The position numbers and the translations under genes were made by a program. The notes under the pieces were generated by a model. That model worked only from the letters and a program-made list of their open reading frames with translations. It did not search any database and was not told the origin of the DNA. Positions 21,040 through 33,000 of a DNA stretch of 64,000 nucleotides are shown here, piece after piece. The DNA comes from Guillardia theta CCMP2712 (taxonomy: Eukaryota > Protista > Cryptophyta): the NCBI RefSeq assembly GCF_000315625.1, contig NW_005434632.1:33901-97900 (forward strand). Reading direction: 5' to 3'. Numbering within the stretch: position 1 is the stretch's first letter; every line of letters starts with the position of its first letter.

Positions 21040-24000
21040 TTACAAACTCTGTCTATTAAACAAATGGTTTTTCCTTAGCCTGTGATGACCTTTGACTGCA
21101 TACCGATGGCTCTCGTCCCTGGCGAACCTCAACAGCAGCATCCCTGGCCTGTCTGAATCGAGTTCAAGAGGAGGGAGGGAGGGAGAAAGATACAGCTCCT
21201 CCTTCTTCTTTGCCAGCGCCACCAGCCTGCCAGCAAGATGCGTCATCGATATCTTCTGTAGCCCTTTAAGTGCAGCTGATAGCTGCCCTGCACCGCCGTC
21301 GACGAGGATGATGTCGGGGATGTCTTGTTCGTCAGCATCAGCGAACCTTCTGCTGATCACTTCCTCCATGGCTGCAAAGTCGTTCACCCCTTGCACGCTC
21401 GTGATCTTGTACACGCGATACAAGTGTCTCTCTGGCATCCCATCCACCAGTACGATTCTCGAGGCTACCGTAGCTGTGCCCTGGCAGTGGGAGATATCGA
21501 AGGCTTCGATCCTCGAGGGCTTCCTCCCAAGGCCCAGGAACTCTGCCATGTCACCGCCGGCTATTGATCGACTGTCCTGCATCTCGATGAACTTTGCTTC
21601 CGCCTCTGCGTTTGCGATGGCGAGCTCGATCGCCTTCTTGTCTTCCTTGGCGTGCTTGCCTCGAGTCTTCAACGAGCGGAGGGCGACCGGCTGGTCGAAG
21701 TTTGCCTGCAGCATACCTCTGACGGCTTCAGGGTTCGGCAGCGCCACCTGTATCAACATCAGGCGACGTGGGCAGAGGAGAAGAAGAGTGGACCTGAGTG
21801 AGCAGAACTTGTGGGAATTCGTCGCGCGGCGTGAAGGTGTAGTGCTCCTTGATCGCCTCCTCTAGCGCCAGGGCGAGAGCTTCTTCTCCGTGCTCCTTGT
21901 CCTCTAGCTTGGGGATGTCGAGCTTCAGCAAGGTTCTTCCCTTCACCATCCCGTTTCTGAGCTGCAGCAGCAGAGCGACACAGCTGGCATGAGAGGATGA
22001 GGAGGGTCGCGGAGACGCTACGGCCGTGATGGCAGCGACGTCTGTCGGAGGCGCGTGCGCGTCCCAGTCGAGGAACTCAAGCTCCTTCCTCACCGGATTC
22101 ATCGCGACAAGTTTTCTGACGTCGGCAGCTGCCGCCAGCTTCCCCTGCTCCTCGAGCTTCTCCGCAACCTCCAGGCCCCGCCCCTCTAGCACATCCAGGC
22201 ACTCAAGGACGAGCTCTTGGTACTCCTGCCTGCTCATAGTCTTGCCGTACATGACCTGAAAGCGAGACCGTCGCAGGCGGAAAGCGGCTTCGAGAAGGGC
22301 GAGAGTGGAGCGGAGGAGGGAGGAGTCAGTGTAAGGGCCGAAGTACCTGGCGCCGATAAGCGATTGCTGCTTGCGGGTGGTAGAGAAGAGACGGGGAAGC
22401 TCCTCGCCGAGGGTCAGGCAGATGAAGGGATAGAACTTGTCGTCTCGTAGCAGGACGTTGTAGGGAGGCTGCAGCTCTTTGATCAGTCGCGCCTCCAGCA
22501 GGAGGGCGTCTCGCTCTCCTCCAGGAGTCAGGATATACTCCACACTCCTCGCATGCTTCAGCATCGCCTCGATCCTCGGCGACAGGCCCCGCCCTCTGCC
22601 GGTGCTCGACCGCAAGTAAGACCTCACTCTCGTCTTCAGCCTCTTTGCCTTGCCCACGTATAAAGTGCGCAGTTGAGGTTGGAGGGAGGAGGAGGAGGAG
22701 GAGGAGGAGGAGGAGGAGGAGGAGGAGGAGGAGGAGGAGGAGGAGGAGGAGGAGGAGGAGATTTCTCCCTTAAACATGTAGACTCCCGGTAGGTTTGGGA
22801 ACGCATCCACCAGTGCCCTCAACCTCTCCAAGTTTTGCATCCGCTCGGTCGCCTCCTTTGTCGATATTTCTGCTGGGAAAAAACTTGAGAGAGAGGAGGA
22901 GGAGGAGAAATCGGAAAGACTGCTGTCCTCCTCCGTGAAGAACTCATTGGCAGAAGCCGCCGCGTCCTCCTCCCTGTCTTCTTCTCTAGGTTGCTGAGAT
23001 TCTTTCTTCCCTTCCTTGGGGATCTTTGAGCGAAACTCTCGCAGTGACTCGCGCTCGAGCTCGAAGAGAGACCGCATTTCCCTCCTGCTGACGCTGACAG
23101 GGCGCAGGCTGTGCTTCTCGTTATACAGCTGCTGCATTCTCCTCCTCCTGTACGTCTCCTCTATGCACTCCCTCATCGCTGCTGTCTCACGGTCGGCAAA
23201 GAAGATCGCCTTTCCCCTCTCATTCCTCGCCGCCCTCCCGATGATCTGGATCAGCGCACGGCAGGAGCGGAGAAAGCCCTCCTTGTCCGCGTCCAGCACT
23301 AGCACCAGCGACACCTGAGGCAAGTCGATCCCCTCCCGCAGCAGGTTCACCCCCACCACCGCGTCCAGCCCGCCCGACTGTAGCTCCTGCAGGACTTCAG
23401 CTCGCTCAACCGTGTTGAGACCTGAGTGGATGTAGCTGCAGGAACGTCAGACATGCACATCGCTGCTTGTCCTTCTCCTCGCCCCCTCTGCCCTTTTCGT
23501 TCCCCCTGTCCTCTTCTTGCCCACCATCTTCTCCCCCCCTCTCTCACTCTTTCCGCCCTCCCTGTAGCCCCGCATTCACCTCGCGTTCACATTGTTGTCG
23601 CAGAGCCATGCCGCCACGTCCTCTGCGTTTCGCTTTGTGAAGGCCATCAGCAGTACTTTGTCGCCATGCTCCTTGCGGGCTTGAATCTGAAAGCGGCAGA
23701 TCACTCAGAAGGAAACGATCGAAGCAGAGCCAGATAGAGAGGAGCGAGAAGGAGGCGATGGAAGGAAATGAGAAGAGAGCAAGGGGGAGGATGATGCAAC
23801 CTCTTCGAGCATGACGTTGAGCTGATTCTTGGTTGGTTTCACTTCGATCTCTGGGTCTAGAATTCCAGTTGGACGAATGACCATCTCCACAACACCGTTG
23901 TCCTGCTGCTGCTCCTGCTGCTGCTCGTATTCCCACACTTCACTCCCTTCTGAGACACCAGCCAACGTTTCCTCCTTGGCCCCTGGAGTAGCGCTGACGA

Positions 24001-25868
24001 ATAGGGTAGCTCCTATCTTGGACCAGAACTCCTCCTCTCGCAGAGGCCGGTTGTCTAGCGCGCTGGGCAGGCGGAACCCGTGCTTGATCAACGTTTCCTT
24101 GCGCGACCTGTCGGCGTTGTACATGCCGCGCAGCTGTGGGAGAGACACGTGACTCTCGTCGACGACGAGGAGCCAGTCCTTGCCCCCCTCGCCCCTCGTG
24201 AAGTACTCCAGCAGCGTCTCAGGAGCGTCCCCGGGATCCCGGAAGGAGAGGTGGCGGCTGTAGTTCTCGACACCAGAACATACGCCAGACTCTCGCAGGT
24301 GGACCAGATCCTCTTTGGTGCGCATCTCGATCCTGCTGGCTGCGTCCAGCTGCCCCTCAGTTCGGAGGACTCGGACGTGCTCCTCGAGCTCCTGCTCGAT
24401 GTTGAGGCACGCGGCCTCCATGAGCGACTTGGGCATGACATGGTGACGGGCAGGGTAGATGTTGATGCAGGAGAGGCTCTCCTCGCTGCCGCTCATGTCG
24501 CTTGTGCTTATTTCGACCAGAACGGCGTCGGAGAGCTGCAGGCGGATGGGACGGACCTCGTAAGGGGGCCAGAGCAAGACGTCCGAGGAGAAGGGGGAGT
24601 GGGACACGCGGAAGCAGCCTCTCTCCAGCTCCTCTGCCGGGCTCTCACACTCAGTGTAGAGAATCTCCTTGAGGAGCCGGCAGGCTCTCTCGATCGAGAG
24701 CTCATCGCCCACGTTCACCGTCAGCCTCGCCTTGAGATAATTTGCGGGAAGGCCGAGGCCGTAGATGCAGGAGACGGTCGAGACCACCACCACGTCCTCT
24801 CGCTCGAAGAGAGACTTGGTCGCTCGATGCCGCAGGGCGTCAAGCTCGTCGTTGATGCTCGTGGTCTTGGAGATGTAGGTGTCCGAGGAGGGCATGTAGG
24901 CTTCAGGCTGCGGAGCCCTTCAACACATCCACCAGAGGAGACAAGAGGAGACAAGAGCAACAGGAGGAGAGAGGAAGAGAAGATGGAAGCGGGGGAGATG
25001 TCAATGCACAAAGGAGAGGGGAGAGAGGGAAAAGGTAATCGACCTGGTAATAGTTGTAGTACGAGACGAAAAGCTCAACGGCATTCCTTGGGAAGTAGCT
25101 CTTGATCTCCCGAGCCAGCTGGGCAGCGAGGGTCTTGTTATGGCAGAGGATCAGAGTTCTCTTGCCATACGCTGCGATGATCTGCGCCATGGTGAAAGTC
25201 TTGCCTGTCCCTGTGGCTCCACGAAGGACCGTGTACTGGCATCCCTTCCGAAGGCGATCGAGAATCTTCTTGACAGCCTGTGGCTGATCCCCCGTGGGTG
25301 AGAAGGGAGCGTCGATCTCAAACTTGCTGCAGGAGTCGTCGGAGCTCGCGGGACCTCCGTTGCTGTGCCAAGCTTGATCCATAGTCTCCGACAGCGCCAG
25401 GTCATCCACCAGCATGTCGATACCTGGCATGCTCTCCGAGAGCGGGATCTGCTCCCTGCCCTGCTGCACATGTCCTTGCGTTTCGAGGTCATTCTCAAGG
25501 CTCATGCGCGACGCCCATCGCCTCTCTCCTGTCACGACCCATCCCCTGCTCCCTGATGGCCTCCAGCTTCGGGGAATAGCTCTGCGAACCCCCGTGAAGC
25601 TTGACGGCTGACGCACCTGCTTGTCATGGGTCACCAACTCGCACCTCCTGGAGAGGATAAACATGACCGAGTTCAGCCAGAGCTTTTGTCGAGCTACAAA
25701 AGCTGTCTTGTGAAGCGCATTCATTGGGCTTGATCGAGGAGGCAGCTCAAGGTAGGAGGACGCTCTCTGAGTGAGAGGTGCAAAAGAGGCCACTAGCATG
25801 TCGTGGCTGATCCCAAGAAGCAGCAAGAAACCTCCTCGACATACTGCCGGCATACCTGTCATCACCAT
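21040..25868 (-). CDS. uvrB-uvrC: UvrB-UvrC fusion excinuclease with N-terminal signal + transit-peptide-like leader (5 exons, about 1462 aa)
   Basis: Exons 25868-25044, 24907-23801, 23686-23580, 23435-21794 and 21747-21040 have GT-AG borders in compatible phases. UvrB motifs: [69 protein letters not shown]. UvrC motifs: [44 protein letters not shown]. Confidence 0.93.
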
Positions 25869-26497
25869 GTTGTAAGCAAGTTGACGTCCGATTGCAGAGA
25901 GATAGGAGGAGGAGAGCTTGAATGGCCACAGAAGATGAGCGATGGAGTTCTCGTACCTGACGAGCTTCAGACCCTCTGTCTCATTCCTCTCCTCTCCTCC
26001 TCCTCCTCCTCTCCCACAAACTTTCTGCCTCGACCCGTCGGCATGCCAAGGCACTTTGCACGTCAAGCAAGGTCACCGGGTAACTAAACTTTCAGGTCCG
26101 CCTCAGGGAGACACAGCGACAACTGTGAGTGGGGCGGGCCGGCAATGTGAGTTAAGTAATAAGTTTACTCAAGAGCATGACTGCTCTGATTGTACCAAAT
26201 TTTACTTAACTCGGAAAATCCCGTGTAGTAAATGAACAAAATCTGGTCGAGTGCGTAGTAAAATTGATCTCTTGCAACCTAAAACATTATTGTAGCCCCC
26301 AGTGACAGGATGAGTCATGTCTCGGTCAGAAGGACCCCCTTGTTTGTACTATATCGCAGGGGTGAGTACTGGAAAGCAAAAGTTTCAGTGACCGGCACAA
26401 TTCGAAACGATGTAAAATCGCACCGCTTATGTCATGCGCTGAAACGTAACCCAACGGCAGGCTATAACGTCGCCTTGACCTGCTCGTCCTCGTCCTC

Positions 26498-26989
26498 GTG
26501 CTTGACCTCGTTGTCGCACTCGCCTCATCCGTCCTTGGGCAACCTCCTCCTCTCGAGCCCTCGCCTTATCCGTCCTTGGACAGCCTCCTCCTCTCAAGCC
26601 CTCGCGTGCCTTGGAGCGCCTCAATGTGCAAGAGCGTAGACATCTCACTTGTGGCGAGACAGGCGAAGAAGCTCACAATCACGGACGTGTACTTCCTCTC
26701 CGAACTCTCCAAGTTGCAAGCCGATGGAACCACAGCTCCGCATCATTGGGAGATTCTTCCAGCTCGCACCAAAGTTGCCCAGCGTGAAAGACACCTCTTG
26801 CACCAAACGAGTGCAAGCGATGATGAGCTGCACGACGAAGGCATGGAGCCTTTTCTGAAGCGTGAAGAAACCTCAAGAAGGTTTCTCGATGATGACAGAC
26901 CAACGGATTTCACCATCCATCAGCTCATTCAAAAGTTTGGTTCGGATGCTGGACTTGTGTTTACAGATGCCGCGCATCTTGTTTTGTAA
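26498..26989 (+). CDS. Hypothetical protein (probable last exon of a gene divergent from uvrBC)
   Basis: 163-codon open frame with coding-like composition and no recognised motif. Confidence 0.3.
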   Translation: MLDLVVALASSVLGQPPPLEPSPYPSLDSLLLSSPRVPWSASMCKSVDISLVARQAKKLTITDVYFLSELSKLQADGTTAPHHWEILPARTKVAQRERHLLHQTSASDDELHDEGMEPFLKREETSRRFLDDDRPTDFTIHQLIQKFGSDAGLVFTDAAHLVL

Positions 26990-28353
26990 AATGTCAACGA
27001 GGGCGATGGCTTCTCTGTACAAATACTTGTATTTTCTGTAACAATGAAGAGAATATTTCATTGATGACTGGATCGCCTGAGGGGCTGCACTACTTGCAGA
27101 GCATGCGATTGCAAGTACTCGCAATATCAAGTAGTAGAAACAAGTACCTGTTTCTGTGGTATCTTCACGGTAATTAACAATTTATTCGAACACCAATGTT
27201 TTAATGATTTGGCAAAAAATGCCATAAATTGTCATGTCATAATCTCTGTCCTCGTCAATTCTGTAAACATTATGCAAGAATTCATGGTCATTATCTAAAT
27301 CGTTATGGTTTTACCACAACGACAACTTACACCTATGGCCCCGTTACCATCGAAATCATATCATAATGAACATGCGATTCAATCAGCAGTCATTTCATTA
27401 ACCCCATCTTCGCAAAGTAGAGATCGAAAGTGAGAGAGCACGTGTCAGCAAATCAACATGTCAATCATAATCATCCTTACCTGTATCATCATCACCGCCT
27501 TTACTATCATCATTGTCACCATTACCACCCCGATCCTCAATGTTATCATCCATCTTCTTCATTTACACCATCTCGATAATAAAATAAGAAATCATCTTAC
27601 TACCGCCATCTTTTAGTAAAGTCTTAATCATATTTGCATGAAATTGCAATGCTGTCAAAAGAATGATGATGAATATGGCACGACAAACATGATTATGGCA
27701 ATGAACATTACGATCGAAGTTGTACTTGACCAGCAGAGACAGCAGCAGCAGCAGCAGCATGATCACGAGGTTTTAAGATTTCTCCCTCCTAGCAAACCAT
27801 TTCAATTGAGCTCAGGCTGCACCAATCCTCTCTTCTCCCACCTTCCCCCAGTATCTTCTCTTTCATCCTTGCTTCATCCATTCACTCTCACCTCCTTTCC
27901 TATCCCTTCCTCTCTCCTCCCTTCCTCGCTCTTCTCCACAGCCTCCTCTCCCTCCCTCCTGCTTACTAATTTAACTCCTTCGTCTCCGAATCTGTTGTAT
28001 CAATATATCTACACCCGTCCTTCTGACCGTAAACCACCCCTCTATTTTTACTGCCATTACCTTACCAAGGCAGTTACCAAGGACCCTTTCTGAGGGCTTT
28101 GGCCACCAACAGTTTCTTTTTATTTTACTTAAGAGAATGCACTATTAGATTAGAGAAATAATTTACTGCCTTTGTATTTTTCTTATTTGGATGACGAGGG
28201 GAACTTGATTCAAAAAAGGTCACACGCACTAGAGGGCAAGGAACGAACGCGAAGGGGAGGGAGAGGTAGAAGGAGGAGCGACGAGAAGGAGAGGCTACAG
28301 GAAGAGCCAGGTGCCAGGAGAACAGGAAGGGGACACAAAGACAAGAGCGCTAT

Positions 28354-29328
28354 ATGCCGCAGGAAGGAGTGACAGCCTTTCAGAATGCGCACGATCATCC
28401 GCTAGTTATGGGTTGGAGAGCAAAGAAAGGCAGAGAGAGTAACTGGTCAAAGACAAGAGATTGTATCGTGTCGAGATTAACCAAAGGCATGGCAAAAGCT
28501 GCGGCCTGCGAGCAGATTCAGGCAGGGAGTATGAAAGATTTCATGCCCGCCATCATGGCTGTACATCATATGAAGCGAGAAGAAGAGTATCTGGTGGTGT
28601 GTGTAATGGAGGACGAGGGACTGGTAGCAGCAATCAACCATCGCTTCCATGACGCCTCCTCCATGGGGCTCCTACTTGACGGGTATGGGGTCAACCCGCA
28701 GCTTGTGCCGGCAGACATCATGAAGCTTCCTCCTCTTCCGCTTCCAACACCAATGGTGAAGACAAGAAGAGAATGTCTGCGTATCTCGCATGAAGAGCTC
28801 AAGAGCGCGAGGGAGCTGACGGGTCTGCATACTCGGAACGAGGTCGCCATGCTCCTGAGCGCCCTCCTTGTTGGGACGTGCATGCCAACAGCCCGCATCA
28901 TGGTGCTCCACACCCTGAAACCTCGCAGGGAGCGCGAGGCAGCAGGGGGAGACTTCTCCTGCCTCTCCCAGCCGCTCCAGGTCTCTTCGTCATGGTCCAT
29001 CAGTGAAGCCGCTAAGACGGTGCGGGAACATCTCAGTCGGCTTCGAGCAGGCAGCCAGACTCTCGTGGAGAGAGAAGCAGCCATGGCAGCGGCCCAGCAG
29101 GACAAGGATGCCCAGTCGCCGCTGCTGATCTTCGACACGTGGATCGGGTCCGGCATGGCCTCACCAGCCGGCCTTGACGTGCGAGTGTACGAGGACCTCC
29201 TGGACTCCTTTGCCTTTGTGGTGCGGGAGTACATCATCGCGTACGAGGAAGAGGAGGACTTGTTGCTGCAATTCTACGGTGAGTTTGCGAGCTTGTCAGA
29301 TGAAGTTGTCGATCGCATTCTCAAGTGA
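28354..29328 (+). CDS. Putative CoA-dependent acyltransferase-fold protein (BAHD/condensation-like HxxxD)
   Basis: Intronless 324-aa ORF with LVAAINHRFHDASSMGLLL, an HxxxD motif in the usual strand-helix context. Confidence 0.5.
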   Translation: MPQEGVTAFQNAHDHPLVMGWRAKKGRESNWSKTRDCIVSRLTKGMAKAAACEQIQAGSMKDFMPAIMAVHHMKREEEYLVVCVMEDEGLVAAINHRFHDASSMGLLLDGYGVNPQLVPADIMKLPPLPLPTPMVKTRRECLRISHEELKSARELTGLHTRNEVAMLLSALLVGTCMPTARIMVLHTLKPRREREAAGGDFSCLSQPLQVSSSWSISEAAKTVREHLSRLRAGSQTLVEREAAMAAAQQDKDAQSPLLIFDTWIGSGMASPAGLDVRVYEDLLDSFAFVVREYIIAYEEEEDLLLQFYGEFASLSDEVVDRILK

Positions 29329-29441
29329 GTTCTCGCTGCTCTTCTCTTGCTGCACCACCAGGAGATCAACTGAATTTGCCAGCTCGGAGCATGTGGACAA
29401 GTTGGGGTTGTAGCACATTAATAGATACAACTGCATGCGAT

Positions 29442-30032
29442 TTACTCTTTCAGCATTCCTGCATGCTCCCCTGCGATCGTCTCATCGTGCCATTCTTCCT
29501 TCGCTGTAACATCTTCTCCTATCAACATTCCTGCTTCATTCTCCTCCTCTGCTCTGCTCTCTACCTGCGCAGCTACTTCTGTCTCTGCGGACCCTTGCTG
29601 CCCCTCCTCCTCCCCATCTGCATTGACCGTTTCCTCGACACCACCCACATCTGTCACATCCTCCTGCTCTCCCTCGCGCTTGACCTCAACACTTGAACCT
29701 CCCTCCTCCTCCTCCTGCGCCTTCCTGGCCCCATCCGCCGCCTCCGCCTCCGCCTCCTCCTGCTCCTCCTCCTGCGCCTTCCTGGCCCCATCCGCCGCCT
29801 CCGCCTCCGCCTGCTCCTGCTCCTGCTCCTCCTCCTGCGCCTTCCTCGCCCCATCCGCCTCCTCCGCACCCTCCATGACTCGCTTCTCCTTGTCACGAGG
29901 ATCCGCCGGAACCTCCCGTTCCTCCCGGTAGTGCCCATGCTCTTCCTGCTTGGACGTGAATTGCGTCTCCTCCCCATCCCGGTCAGCCGCCTCCTCCTCC
30001 TGGCTCAGCTCTTCTTGATGAGCATCTTCCTT

Positions 30033-30070
<38 letters not shown>

Positions 30071-33000
30071 CCGTTGATGTTACTTTCCCTTCATCTTCAG
30101 CACCTTCAGCAGCTGTCTCCCTCTCGTCCTCCCCATGCGCCTCCTGCTTCTGCAGCCCCTCCTCGTTGTCTTGGTCTTGCTGCTGCGTCTCCTCCTGACC
30201 AGGCTGACCTGCATTCTCGTCGCCTCCTCCATGATGAGCATGTTCTGCTGCTGTTGCTGCCTCGTAGGATGTATCGATCGTTGAAGGCGCGAGAGGTTGA
30301 GACTCCTGCTCCGCCTTCTGTACATTCTCCTCCTCTTTCTCCCTTTCCTCCGCTTTCTCCTCCTCGCCCACCTCTGCGGCCATTTCTTCCGCTTCTTCCT
30401 CCTCGTCTCTCTTCTCCTCGTTGGAGTGAGCCATCGAGTATTGTTCCTCCTCCTCGTTTACTCCCTCCTCTTCTTCTTTCACATCTCCTTGTGGCATTTG
30501 AGCCGCCACCTGATCTTCTCGGCCGGCCTCTGCCGAGTCCCCTCCCTCCCCGACCTCAATTGACGCCACCCGCTCCTCCTGCTCCAGCTCCTCCACCTCG
30601 TGCTTCTCCAACTCGTGCTCCCCAACCTCTTGCTCCTCCAACTCCTTGACTGCATCCTCCAACTGCTCTGCTGTTGCTGCCTGCGACTCTTGCTCGATTT
30701 GAATTGTCCCGGGGCTTCCTTTTCCCTGGACCTCAACCACAGGAGCTTCGTTCCCTTGCTGTTCTGACTCCTCCACTACCTCCTCCTTGGCTTCCGGCTT
30801 CTCCTCCCCCCCCCTTGGTACTTCATCCTCCCCTCCTTCTCCTGTCTGCACACGAGCTGCTTCCTCCTCCTCCTTCTCCTCCTCGTTCTCTTCTTCCTCG
30901 CCCTCGCCTTCACGTGCCTCCTCCTCATTGGCGATCTCAGCTGCACCTCCATGTCGCACCGCAGTCGCTTCTTCTGGATTCTTCTCGTCAGCCTCCACTG
31001 CAGTCGGTGCATGCTCCGTCTGCTCTGGTAGCGCTTGAGAAGCTTCTTCCTCCTTCTCAGCATCATGGTGGGCTGCTCTTCTCCCCTCCTCCCCCAGCTG
31101 TTCTCCAACCACTGCAACCTCATCCTCGGGCTGTTGCAGTGACTCAACTCGACGCTCCTCCTCCTGCTCTCCACGCCCGGCTTGCTCCTTGTGCTCACGC
31201 TCCTGTTGGGGTTGCTCCTCCTCCTGTCCTTGCTCACGAAGTTCGGCGGTTTCAACGTCATGCTCTGCATTCTGATCTCCTTGGCCTCCTGCCCGTCCAG
31301 CGCCACCTTCTACTTCATCGTCCCTCTTCCCCCCCGCCTCCTTCCCGTCCCCTTCAACGGGCATTAGTTCCCTCCCATCCTCCTCCTCCGCAGCCCTCGG
31401 CTCCTCCGCCGGGAGCATCCCCCCCTCTTCCTCCTCCTTCTCCTGCTCCATCGAGCGCTCGATGCTGGTCTGGTGGACAGGGTCTGGACTGAGGGCGTCG
31501 GATGGGTCAAGCTGGACCTCAGCTCCTCCGGTGCTCGGGCGCCAGTTGGGATCTGCAGCCAAGGTGAGCAAGAGAGGCCGCAAAACTTCCTCACGTGACC
31601 TGCTTGCTGGACAGGCGGACCAGAGGTGAGGAGAGAAGCCTGCTGCTGCTGCTGCTGCTGCTGCTACAGGAGAGTGAGGCAAGCACACACAAAGGATGAC
31701 TGCGATGCTACCTGCTCCTCCTCCTGCCGCTTCCCCTCCTTGATCTTGTTCTCATGCTTCTTGTCATCCACCCGGACCTTGTCTCTCACTTGTTTGCCTC
31801 CCGTCTCCTCAGAGCTCTGATATGCTCCGTTCCTGATATCCATCGCCATCTCGATCGCAGCTTTGACTCCGGCAGGCAGCTCACCACCTCCTTGCTGCTC
31901 GTAGGAGTGGAGGATGCGCTGCATGTCCTGCTCACTCAGGGGCGGGTGAAGGGCCTCCATAGCAGAGGCGCTCCTCCTCTTGGAGGCGATAACTGCGTTT
32001 CCGGGGAGGAAGGGAGATCTTTCTAGCAGAGACTTGGCGCCCTTGCTCTTACCAATCACCTTCACAGCCGATCTCTTACCTCCCTCAGTCTCAGCCTCCC
32101 CTTCCTCCTCTTCAGCTTTCTGCTGCTTCTTCGCTCGCACGATTTTCTCCCTGGCCTTCTTGCTCGCAGCGTTGGCGATCTCCTTCTCCTTCCTCTTGCT
32201 CCGGTCGGGCTTGGGTATGGGGTTGAGGTTTTGCAAGAACGCTTCCTCGCCCTCCAGCACCGCCAGGGCAAAGCTGGCGTCAGACAGCTCGTTGAGCTCT
32301 GAGTAGTTCTGGGAGATCCGTCAGGAAAGGGAGGGAGGAAGGGAGAAGGTTGAAGCAGGGGGAGGAGGGGGAGGAGGGGAAGAAGGGGGGGTTCAAAGAA
32401 GGGGGGGGGGGGTGGGGGGGGGAAGAGGAGAGAGGAGAGAGGAGAGAGGAGAGAGGGCTGCGTTCCAGTGCAAGGGCAGGAGGGAAGTCGTCACCTTGCT
32501 CGTGACGAAGTCTAGCGGTGGAGGGCTGGGGGCAAGCTGGAGGGGCTGAACTCGTTCCTCCACCTTCTTTGTGAACTGACCCGAGGAGACAGAGGACACA
32601 AAGTTCTCAGCCAACCGCGTGCTCCTCCTCAGCGCCTTGCTCAGCCGCGAGTTCCCCGCGTAGGTGTATCCTGCCAGCCGCACAGGGCGGGTCCCTTCAT
32701 CCACTGGAGGCACCAGCCGCGGACGGCGTTTCCTCTCCTCCCCAAGGCCTCCACCCATCACCACCTGGTTGAGGTTCGTGCGGCCATGGGCAGCAGGAGC
32801 GCTCCTGTCATGCTCGCCCTTCTTCATGGAGGCCTGCGAAACTTCCGCGCTTCTCTCCTCGTGCACTCCCATGGCAGTTGTCTTGCCCGACAGCACAGAG
32901 TCCCTTCCTCCCCTCTGGATCGGGCTGATCGAGTGCGGACGTCTGTCCTGCAGCTGCAGAGCAGGGCGAGTGAGTGGAGAAGGAGGAGGAGGGGCAGTCA

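Noticed and set aside
21092-25105. Long plus-strand ORFs (21092-21865, 24080-25105)
   Set aside because: Antisense shadows of the GC-rich uvrBC coding strand.
21040-25868. uvrB/uvrC as bacterial contamination or an operon
   Set aside because: Spliceosomal introns, host-type microsatellites, a targeting leader, and no stop codon between the two halves.
25869-26066. Upstream extension of ORF 24903-26066 as coding
   Set aside because: It starts at a non-ATG codon and is low complexity. ATG 25868 puts the signal-like stretch at the N-terminus.
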